From contig NOWV01000025.1 in the NCBI GenBank assembly GCA_003344405.1, positions 124,001 to 188,000 on the forward strand: a stretch of DNA of 64,000 nt. The letters run 5' to 3'. Source of the DNA: Trichoplax sp. H2 (lineage: Eukaryota). Under the pieces are notes generated by a model, which had not been told where the DNA came from, did not search any database, and saw only the letters and a program-made list of their open reading frames with translations. Made by a program: the position numbers and the translations under genes. This document shows positions 1 through 11,500 of this stretch, one piece after another; position 1 is the first letter of the stretch; the number at the start of each line of letters is the position of its first letter.

Positions 1-420
1 AGCGGGCATACTGTATTTACTAGTACTAATTGTATTATTATGAATTATTACTCTACGAGTAACGTTATCTAATTTTAGCTTTGTATAAGATAGAGCCAAG
101 TCGCAGTTTTAATTTAGGATGTCGCAGTTTTAATTCAGGATGTCGTTGTTTGAGCCGGCATACTGTATTTAGTAGTACTAATTGTATTATTATGAATTAT
201 TACTCCACGAGTAACATTATCCTGTTTTAACTTTGTATAAGGTAGAGCCAAGTCGCAGTTTTAATTTAGGATGTCGCAGTTTTAATTCAGGATGTCGTTG
301 TTTGAGCCGGCATACTGTATTTAGCAGTACTAATTGTATTATTATGAATTATTACTCAACGAGTAACGTTATCCTATTTTAACTTTGTATAAGATAGAGC
401 CAAGTCGCAGTTTTAATTTA
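1..420. repeat. Tandem repeat, 152-bp unit, ~2.75 copies in window (truncated at window start), with an internal ~21-bp sub-duplication
   Basis: The anchor GCATACTGTATTTA recurs at 6, 158 and 310 (period 152). Each full unit contains GTCGCAGTTTTAATT(T/C)AGGAT twice. Confidence 0.95.
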
Positions 421-421
421 C

Positions 422-1234
422 CCAAGTTTACTTTAAAAAGACTGCTAGAAGTGACTGGAATAATACAATGCGGTAGTCCAAGGCATTGCAGTGGACTATG
501 GTAGAGCCATTTTGTATTAACTGGCCACTTTAATAAACTGCCTTTTACTGTTGAACAATTAATCCGTGTCAACAATACTCCGACTACGTCATCTTATGCA
601 ATCACTTTAGTTGAAGAATATGTGGAATCATTTGGACGCAACCAATGTATTTAACAGTCCTAACCACACAATAGGGCAAAGAACAGCAAACAACAGTCAT
701 TTTTCGTTTCATCAGGCTGTTGTTTATTCTGCTATTGACTATTTTTATGTACTGTATGTTGATGGAGTGGCTAGAGAAGCATTTGCCGTGTAGACAACCA
801 TATTGATGAGTAATGCTGTTCTACTGGCGCATCATTACTGTCCATCAAGAAAGAGTAAAGTAGGATTAGAAGAGTATTGCTGACTAGGACTCCATGAGTA
901 ACGCGCCTACAAGAGAGGAATATACTGTAGCTTGTGTAGTGTGTCCCCCCAGTCGTTTTGATTTCATTGACGGTCAAAAGTTGCATTGAATTCAGAAAGT
1001 AGAAAGGTCCCACGTTAACCTAATGGCTGCATTTTCTTGTTGGAAGGGGCCCGGGGAGGGGAATGATCAGACTTGACTGTGGACAGTAGGACGACACACA
1101 AGTCCAATCCTGTCAGTCTATGCCCTACAAATGGACTGGTAAATCATGATTGCATTTCAGCAACTTTGTCCAATCCAGTTTTTACTATTTGTCAGTCTGC
1201 TTGGCGATTTTTGTGATGCTTCTTCCTCCTCCAT
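422..1234 (-). CDS. Possible first two exons of a divergently transcribed gene of unknown product (continues off the window)
   Basis: Candidate exon 1234-1186 (MEEEEASQKSPSRLTN, phase-1 donor GTAAAA) joins in phase to candidate exon 547-422 (IKGSLLKWPVNTKWLYHSPLQCLGLPHC..., acceptor CAACAG, donor GTAAAT). The ATG lies ~220 bp from the motif cluster at 1457-1513. No recognisable domain. Confidence 0.3.
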
Positions 1235-1456
1235 GTCGGCCCTACTGCTCTTCTAATACTCGCTGTTATGCAGCCATTTGTATAGAAGAGTATGGGCAAA
1301 CATCAACACAAGGCGGTGACAGAGGTAAAAGTCGACTGTCACAACTAGCAAGTGAAGCTTTCAATTGACTTCACCCTAGTCGCCTTCAGGCAGGCAGTGA
1401 AGAGAATGGAGTTCGTGGTAAAACTTGTTTTGTAACGGAGTTGTTTTTTTCTCCTG

Positions 1457-1513
1457 ATTGGTGCAAAAAGTTTGACGTCATGGTTGCGTAGCAACAGGTG
1501 TGCTTCACGTGAA
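1457..1513. promoter_or_regulatory. Dense promoter motif cluster: reverse CCAAT box, CRE palindrome, RFX X-box-like palindrome, E-box
   Basis: ATTGG 1457-1461, TGACGTCA 1473-1480, GTTGCGTAGCAAC 1483-1495 and TTCACGTGAA 1504-1513 all fall within 57 bp. A candidate 5'UTR donor TTG|GTAAGT is at 1876 and the ATG is at 2346. Confidence 0.65.
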
Positions 1514-2345
1514 CCGTCAACCCGCCTCGTTCTCCTTTTGCCGTCATACTGTATCATCGCTAGCGCGTCTTATCCACTGTATGAGGAGAATGACAGCGTA
1601 GAATACATTCAAGTCAGACTGTATCATCTTGCACGTCTTTGACTGACTCATTATTTGCTAAAATCATTTTGACTTTGTAACGCTGAAAGAAAGAAAAAAA
1701 AATCCTCAATCAGCGAAAATTGGCTTATTTTAGCCACCAATTGATGCAAAATTCAACCTTGAAATCGACTTAAAGTAGAAATTCACTTGTCTACTTTGCT
1801 ACTTTTTAAATATTCAACTTGCTTTCATCTTGCAAGTGATATCGACGTCTAATCAAGCGCAGTATCGGAGTTTTGGTAAGTACTTACACGAGATGATCCG
1901 ACGCTTGTTGAACATTTTTGCGGCTAGTTCATTAGTCAAAGAACGTTGCCAACAATTTTTTGTATAGGGTTCAATTCAATTTTATCCTAGTAGCTTAGCA
2001 CTTTCAATGTAGATTGTCTATAGTTCATGTCCAATTTGTGTAGAAGAGAGAGAGCGATGGATGTAGACAATGTCACTCATAACATGATCCAAGTGATACG
2101 TCTTGATCCATATCTATAGTTATATTGATAACGATAACAACACATTAGTTCAATTCACTTTTTCAAACTCTTCAATTTCTTTTTCCTTTTGACTTAATCC
2201 ATATTAATCAACTTGAAATAATAATGACATCTGTCGCTTATTGATACAATCTCGATTTCCTTCATTTTTTTCATCCTAGAATACCTTTAATCTATTGGAA
2301 AACAATTTTCTTTCTTCAGAAGTGAAAAGACAAGGGCTCTCAATC

Positions 2346-2586
2346 ATGGAGCCGGCAAATCGCAGTCTTTTCCCTGTGTATTTGTTATTATTCCTATGCC
2401 TTTTTTACGGTATGCATTGAATGAAGACAACTTTTTACAATGCTTTAGCAATTATAAGCGCATTTTTCTACCAATCATACAAAAAAAAAATAGAATAATT
2501 TGCTTACTTTGTACCGATTGGATGCTTTTCAATTGCTAACAGTGATTTATGAATTTTCGCTCCATTTTGCATAGGTGTTGACGCGC
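2346..2586 (+). other. Signal peptide of the giant protein (exon 1 plus start of exon 2)
   Basis: MEPANRSLFPVYLLLFLCLFYG|VDA-QC: basic residue, hydrophobic core and a V-D-A (-3,-1) cleavage pattern. Confidence 0.8.
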
Positions 2587-5500
2587 AGTGCAATTGTACT
2601 GTAGATTGTATTACAAGTTGTCCACATGGAAACTATTGGTCATCAGTTGCAACTGGTTGTGTTAGCTGCGAGCCTGGATACTTGTAAGTTTTTCTGTTTA
2701 TTTTGACTAACAACTGTCCATAAGGACGGCAAAATAGTCGACTATACACAGTACAGTATCGATGGTAGCTTAATTGAAACTCTTGTAACCGTTATTAGTG
2801 TTTCCATATTCAAGATGATCTTCTTGATCTATCGATACTGTAGATATACTGAAATAGCTATTATAACTGGCTATTTCTACATGATGATTGCTAAATAATT
2901 GTGATTAATGACCAGATTGAAACATGACTGTAGTTAATGTTGTTGGATAATGATATAGACGTACATATGGAAGTATTCTACAGAATATCTCATTATACGT
3001 GTATTACTATCTTATGAAATACATTGGATAAACCACTACGAATTTTCCATTAACAGTATGCTACATTGGTATAATCCAATCGTTAATGCACTTAGCGTAA
3101 TCGTGAAAATACACTTTATACGAACCAACAATCGTGTAGCATTTCTCTAGCTACTAAACATAAAATTAGTATCTCACAGATTTCATTCGCACATATCTTA
3201 ATTTACATATCATTACTAATCCCATTGATTTAGTTGTCCTGGTGGCGGATCGGGTAAATTATCATGCCTAGCGGGTACATTTAATGACCAACCTGGACAG
3301 ACTAACGAGACTGCTTGTCAGGTACACATTTATTTAAACTGAAATCGATGTATCCCTGTTGTAACTTACAGTTGGAAGTCATTTCAATTCGATTTGTTGT
3401 ACTGTAATAGATTGAAAGTTGTATCAAGCTGTAATTGTAAACAGTATTACTGTATAATTGTCGTGTTGTTGCAAATTTTAGACTTGTCCCACAGGCTTTG
3501 TTAGCTTGACACCTGGCCAGAGTAAATGTGAAGCTTGTCCCGCAGGATATTACTGCCTTAATGAGACAGCATCACCATCACCATGTGATATTGGAACTTT
3601 TTCTGTTGGCCAACAAACAGCTTGTACTCCATGTCCATTAGGACAGTATTGCCCAACAACAAATATGAATACTACTTATCCCTGCCCAAGTGGTTATTAC
3701 GCAGATAGTATAAATTCATCTTTATGTACTCAATGCCCAGCTGGTAGTATGTGCTCGAACCCAGCGGCTTCACCTGTTAGTTGCCCAAGCGGTCAATATA
3801 GCAGCGCTGGATCAATAACTTGTGAGCTATGTCCAGATGGTTATAACTGTACATCGACCTCAGCAGTATCTCTATGCGACCCTGGATATTATTCAACTTT
3901 AGGCGAGGCAGGTTGTACTGCTTGTCCTCTTGGTAATTATTGTCCATCATCTGGAATGAATTTTACTATACCCTGCCCAAGTGGTTATTACGCAGATAGT
4001 ACAAGTTCATCTTCATGTACTCAATGCCCAGCTGGTAGTGCGTGCTCGAACCCAGCGGCTTCACCTGTTAGTTGCCCAAGCGGTCAATATAGCAGTGACG
4101 GATCAATAACTTGTGAACTATGTCCAGCTGGTTATAACTGTACATTAACTTCAGTAATATCTCTATGCGACCCTGGATATTATTCAACTTTAGGCGAGGC
4201 AGGTTGTACAGCTTGTCCTCTTGGTAATTATTGTCCATCATCTGGAATGAATTTTACTATACCCTGCCCAAGCGGTTATTACGCAGATAGTACAAGTTCT
4301 ACTTCATGTACTCAATGCCCAGCTGGTAGTGCGTGCTCGAACTCAGCGGCTTCACCTGTTGGTTGCCCAAGTGGTCAATATAGTAGTGACGGATCAGTAA
4401 CTTGTGAACTATGTCCAGCTGGTTATAACTGTACATTAACTTCAGTAATATCTCTATGCGACCCTGGATATTATTCAACTTTAGGCGAGGCAGGTTGTAC
4501 AGCTTGTCCTCTTGGTAATTATTGTCCATCATCTGGAATGAATTTTACTATACCATGCTCAAGTGGTTACTATGCGGATACAGTCGGTTCTAGTAACTGT
4601 ACAGTCTGTCCAGCAGGAAGTAAATGTCCTGATCCTACTGTTGCTCCTGTACCATGTAATAGTGGATATTACAGCTTGGATAGCTTTGATGTTTGTGTAT
4701 TATGTCCATCCGGTTATGAATGTACAACCACAAGTTCAGCGCCTGTTCAATGCTTACCTGGAACTTATGCAGTTAATGGATCTACTGCATGTGCGGGCTG
4801 CAGTGCTGGCTACTATTGCCCTGTCAGTGGTATTTCTGAACAATTACCATGTGCAAGTGGAACTTATGCAAACACCACCAATCTATTAAACTGTACCTCA
4901 TGCCCTTCTGGCTATAAATGTCCAGATGCGGCATTAACACCTGTAGAATGTGGCGCTGGATTCTATAGTAGTAGCGGCTCAATAAGTTGTACATCTTGCC
5001 CAGAAGGGTATAAATGTGGTGATACTATAACTATTACACCGGTGCAATGCAGCTCTGGAGAATACGCTCCTGTTGGATCGTCTACCTGTCATACTTGTCC
5101 AGCGGGTTCATATTGTCCTGATCCACCACGTGCAGCTCCAATTGCCTGCCCTTCTGGCTGGTATCAAACATCAACTGGACAAACTGCTTGCAGTGAATGT
5201 AATGCTGGATCTCAATGTCCTAATGCAACGCAAGCTCCTGACCCTTGTGCAGCTGGTTATTTTTCTCCTATTGCCGGTGCAACTAATTGCCAAGAATGTC
5301 CAAAAGGCACCTACAATAAAAATACACAACAACTGTCCTGTAATGAATGTCCGGTGGGATCAAGATGTCCTTTCAAAGATTTAGATCCAATTGCATGTGG
5401 GACTGGTCAGTATTCTCCCAAAAATTCTGAAGTATGCTTAAGTTGTCCAGCTGGTGTTGCATGTAGTGCTTCATCGTCAACTCCAACACCGTGCAACCAG

Positions 5501-8500
5501 GGTCAATATTCCAATTCTACACATTGTGTCGATTGTCCAACAGGAAATTATTGTCCTTCTCCTAGTGGTAGCCCGGTTACATGCGCTGATGGTACATACG
5601 CAGATACAACTGGTAATGTCCAATGTACAGCTTGCCCAGCTGGGTATTCTTGCTTAGATGTATCAAGTGCACCAGTTCAATGTACAGCTGGTTACTACAG
5701 CTTAGCGGCTACTCACGATTGTACTCAATGCCCAACTGGCCAATACAGCTCAGATGGAGCAAGTTCATGTCAATTTTGCCCTGCTGGAAAATACTGTATC
5801 AATGGTACAACATCAATTTCACCTACTGACTGCCCTACTGGTACTTATTCACCTGATGGTGTCGGCTACTGTTCTCCTTGCGCTTTAGGAACATATTCAA
5901 GTGGTACTGGAGCTCACTTTTGTTCGATATGCCCACTGGGTTTTCAATGTATCAACGTCGATCAAACACCATCCGCTTGCTACCCTGGAGAATGGAGCGC
6001 TGAGGGCGAATATCTATGTGCACCGTGTCCAGCAGGTCATCGATGCCCAACTTCTGATAAGCCTCCTATACCTTGTGCATCTGGAACATATTCTCCACTA
6101 AATGCCACTTCATGTACAGACTGCCCAGCTGGCCATTCATGCGTAACCCCTAGTAATCTACCTGAAGCTTGTACTTCTACTCAATATAGTGCAATTGGAT
6201 CTGCGATTTGCAGTCCATGCCCAGCTGGCAAATATTGTAGCAATGTTGCTGCATTTGATTGTAACTCAGGCGAATATTCATTACTTGACGAAATGAATTG
6301 TACAATTTGCCCTTCAGGATACTCATGCGCTAGTAAAGATTTAGCCCCGGTACAGTGTAATTTAGGTCAAACGACTGGAGGATTACAAGGCCAAGTAACT
6401 TGTACCGATTGTACTACTGGCTACTATTGTGCAGATCCAACATTGGCGCAACAACCTTGCCCCTCCGGTTATTACAGCGCTGCCAAAGCACCTAACTGTA
6501 CTGAATGCCCTGCAGGTTATTACTGTACTGATGCTACTGCTCCACCTCTTCCATGTCAACCTGGATCATACAGTATCTTTCCGAGAACATCGTGCACTCA
6601 GTGTCCTGCTGGTTATGCTTGCGCATCGACGTCTGATATCTCATTAGTTACTGAATGTCAACCGGGCACTTATGCTGACGGCAATGATACTTTTTGTACA
6701 CATTGCCCTGCAGGAAAATATTGTCCAAATACTGCACAAGCTCTAGAAATTGATTGTACTGCTGGATCTTATAGTACAGGAAGCCAACAATACTGTACAG
6801 AATGTCCAGGTGGCTGGCAATGTCCAAATGTTTTTGGAACTGCCAATGCGAAATGTCTTCCCGGTTATTATGCTCCTGGAAATGCAACTGCTTGCACACA
6901 ATGTCCTGCTACTTATGCCTGCCCTTACACAGAAACTAATATGACTTTAACTTGCCAACCAGGTACATATTCAGCAGTGGGACAACAGAGTTGTTCAGTT
7001 TGCCCTCCAGGTTATCAGTGTCCAAATACTGATGGAACAAGTATTACTATATGTGCTGCCGGTACCTATAGTGTTGGAAATCAAGCTGCCTGTACTCCTT
7101 GCCCGGCTGGTTTTGCTTGTCCAAACTTTTTTGATAACTTTGTTATACAATGTCCTGTAGGTACTTACTCAGTTGGTAATCAACCATCGTGTTTACCTTG
7201 TCCACCAGGCTCTTCATGTCAAAATACTAGCACAGCTCCAGTTGCATGTGCTGCCGGAACTTACTCACTAGATTACGATACAGGATGTTATCCTTGTCCA
7301 GCTGGCTCATCCTGTAATGATCCAACACAAAGACCTGTATTATGTCCTGCGCTAAAATATAGTAATCATTCTGCTACACAATGCATAGATTGCGATCTTG
7401 GTTACTTGTGCCTTGAAGGAAGTAATAATCCTAGACCTACTAACAACATTTGTCCACTTGGTTATTATTGCGAAATTAATGTTGCGGGTATACAAGTTAA
7501 AGTTCCTTGCCCTGCTAATACCTACGGTAATCATTCAGGTCAAACATTAGTCGGCCAATGTGTCACATGTCCTGCTGGCTATTTCTGTCCAGCTGCTACC
7601 CCTGGTGTTCCTACGTATCACCTCATTTGTCCTCGCGGTTACTACTGTCCCGCCGGTAGCGGTAAGCAGTTGTGTCCTGATGGAACTTATGGCGATAGTC
7701 TTGGACTTCAAGCTTCTAGCGAATGTAAAGACTGTCCTGCTGGTAGATACTGTAAAGCTGGATCACGCTACCCTGGACTCCCATGTCCAAAAGGAAGTTA
7801 TTGTCCAGCCAAAACAGGCGCAACTCCTAATCAATGCAATAGTGGTACATATACAGAACAAGAAGGAAGTACATGTAAGTCAATTATTAATCATCTCTAT
7901 TATTTTTTCGTAATAATGATGACAACAATGATAATATTGCTATAATTACTATATTAATTGATAAATTCATGTATAATATACTTGTCGTACAGTATTTTGT
8001 ATAAGAGTTAATAATGTAAACAAAAATTTATTATTAACTGTTAGTAGCTATAATATAAAATTACATAGTTGATCGATTAATACGAATACTTATTACTTTT
8101 TTTAGCGATTGCCGAATGTAAAACATGTCCAACTGGTCACTACTGTACTCAAGGTACAGATTCACCAACCCCCTGCAAGGCGGGATCATTTAATGCTTGG
8201 GTAGGTCAGGGAGCAGAATCGGATTGTCAGTCTTGTCTGGCTGGACAAGCTTGTCCAATTGCTGGTTTAGTTCGCCCTACATTAGGCTGTTATCCTGGCT
8301 ACTATTGTCCAGCTGGATCTATCTTACCCAATGATACGCGTTACGCATGTCCAGCTGGTACTTACTCTAATTATAACAATTTAACAGCATGGCAACAATG
8401 TCTACCGTGCCCTGCCGGTCAAGCCTGCCCTAAAGGTACAGGTGGTCGACAGAAACCTCCTGAGCCATGTGCACCTGGCCATTACTGCCAACAAGGAACA

Positions 8501-11500
8501 CAATTTGCATCGCAGTTTGCATGCCCTGCTGGTACATATGCCAACTTAACAAATTTGAAAGCTGCTGCCGATTGCTACGTATGCCCAAGTGGTTGGTATT
8601 GTTCACCTGGTTCAGCAACGCCCACCGCGTTATGCTATCCTGGTCATTACTGTCCAGCCGGTACAAAATTAGCTGTTGATAATCCATGTCCAGCTGGTAC
8701 ATATTCTGAAAGTTATGGCAATTCTCGTATTGAAGCTTGCAAACGATGCTTGCCTGGACACTATTGTCCTGCTGGATCCAGTACAACGACACCTTGCCCT
8801 CAAGGAAGATATTCTAAAAAGTATAGCAATGGAAAATTAGAAGACTGTGATGTTTGTATAGCAGGTTATTCATGTGGAGGTACAGGAAATGTTGATCCTA
8901 AAGAGTGTGGCAAAGGTAACTATTCAGACAGTGGAGCATGGATTTGCTCACCTTGCAAATCAGGCCATTACTGTAACTCCAATCATACTTCTCAAAGTGA
9001 TATGCTTACTAAATTGATTTGTGGTGCGGGAATGTGGTGCAAAGAAGGACGATCAACAGCACCAAATTTAGTTGATGACGCTTGTCCATCTGGGTATTAC
9101 TGTGTTACTGGAGATAAAGCTGGTGACCCGTTGCCATGTCCTAATGGAACTTACAATCCTGTAACAGGTAGAAAAGCTCTTAGCGATTGCGTTACCTGTC
9201 CTCCTGGCAAGTATTGTTCACCTCCTGGTCTATCTCAACCAGCTGGTGATTGTTCTCGTGGCCATTACTGCCCAGCTGCTAGTTGGGTACCAACGCAAAT
9301 ACCATGCCCAAGAGGATTTTACTTAAATTTAACTGGCGCTGCTAATATTGATGCATGCACTGTTTGTTTATCTGGAGGCTACTGTGATAAACCAGGTCTA
9401 GAATTACCTGTGATATGTCCGAAAGGGCACTTCTGTGAAACAGGTGTTACTGCGCCCCAACCATGTTATATTGGTACCTATGGACCTGTAGAAGGTATTA
9501 AACGTAGTCAAGATTGCTCACCTTGTTCGGGAGGTTATTACTGTGAAGGATTTGGATTATCAAAACCAACAGATATTTGTGACGCTGGTTTCTACTGCAG
9601 AGAAAAAGCATACACTTCAGCACCTCCAGATGGACCAACTGGTGGTTTATGTCCAGCAGGTGGTTATTGTCCAGCTGGAACACCAGTGCCGCAAAATTGT
9701 CCAGTTGGTACTTACAGTAATTCTAGTGGTTCAAAAGATCCTCGCGATTGTTTCGATTGTGATCCTGGCTATTATTGTGCCGGCGATAATAATCCTCATC
9801 CAACAGGTCCTTGTGAAGCTGGTTTCTATTGCACAGGTAAAGCTGCTAAACCAACACAACATGATACGCCAGCTGGTCATTATACTAAGGCTGCAGCTAC
9901 ACATCCTGAACCATGTGCATCTGGCTCATTCCAGCATTCAAACAATTCTGAGCACTGTATTATATGTCCGATGAGGCATTACTGTAATGGCACTGGCCTG
10001 ACAGTAATGAAAATATGCGATCCTGGCCACTATTGTCCGTACAATAGTTCACTTCCCACACCTTGCCCGAATGGAACTTACGCTACTAGTACTGGTAACG
10101 CTTTCGTCACAGAATGCGATCTATGTGATGCTGGAAAGTATTGTGGATCATGGGGATTGGCATTACCTTCAGGTGCTTGTGCTGCTGGGTTTTATTGCTT
10201 ATTAGGTTCAGCAACTCCAATTCCGGGCAATAGTGGAACTGATACAGAAGTTGGAGGAGTATGTCCAGCTGGTCACTTCTGTCCTGAAGGCACAAAGACT
10301 AAATTTGAAAATCCTTGCGGTAATGGAACCTATAATAATGTCACTCAACGAACATCTATAGATGATTGTTTAGCTTGTCCACCTGGTAAAGCTTGTACAG
10401 CTCCTGGACTTGCATATCCAAATGAAGACTGTGCTCCAGGTTATTACTGTATAGCAAGAGCAAATACTACTAAACCGATCGATGGAGTAACAGGATCATT
10501 TTGTACTGAAGGCCATTATTGCCCTGGAGGTTCATCTGCACCTTTACGTTGTCTGGATGGAACTTACAATAATGTAACACATCAATCTACATGCTTTACA
10601 TGTCCTGCTGGATACTTCTGCGATGGTTCTATCTTGCCACAAGTCTGTCCTAGAGGAAGGTACTGTCCCGCGGGTACAGGAGCTAATTCTCCATTGTGTC
10701 CTCCTGGTACGTACAATTCGGAGTACGGACTAAAATCTGTAGATGAATGTTTACCATGTCAAGCTGGTTGGTATTGTGCTGGTTATGGTATTATCGACTT
10801 TTTTATTGCCAATCAAAGTATAGGATTGTGCGATGCTGGCTTTTATTGTGTCAGTGGTGTTAACGTTAGTAAACCGGTATCTGGAGCACATACCGGTATT
10901 GGAGGTGTATGTCCTCCAGGATATTACTGTCCAGCAGGAACTAGTGTACCTAAAGGTTGTCCTCCTGGAACCTATTCTGCTAATTCTCAATTAGAGCATG
11001 CCGATAATTGTACACAGTGTGAGTATGGAAAGTATTGTTCAGGTTACAACTCGACAGAACCTGTCGGTCCTTGCGATCCTGGCTTTTACTGTTTGAGAGG
11101 ATCCACAACGCCAAATCCGCCAACTGTTACAGAAATTGGTGGTCCTTGCCCGGTTGGTCGTTATTGTGAATCTGGGACATCATATCCTAAACCTTGTAAT
11201 GCTGGATCTTATAATAACATCAGTGGACAGGCTATTTGTTTTGCATGTCCCAGTAGCTTCTACTGTCCGGAAAATTCAACAACATATTCTAGCAATATCT
11301 GTCCTATTGGCCATTACTGTCCAACTGGTACAAAATATGCAACCGAATATCCATGTCCTCGAGGCTACTTTAGAAATGTTACAGCCGGTCATTCAGTTAG
11401 TGATTGTTACGCTTGTCCTGGTGGCTGGTATTGTAACGGTGAGGGACTTATTAGTGCTACCGGTAAATGTGACGCTGGATACTTTTGTAGTCTAGCCGCT

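Noticed and set aside
3506..8555. ORF-track starts at 3506 and 8555 (TTG) and the hydrophobic end of the 1479-aa ORF as a TM/GPI signal
   Set aside because: The starts are internal Leu codons. The hydrophobic tail (HLYYFFVIMMTTMIILL) is intron read-through after the T|GTAAGT donor at 7875.
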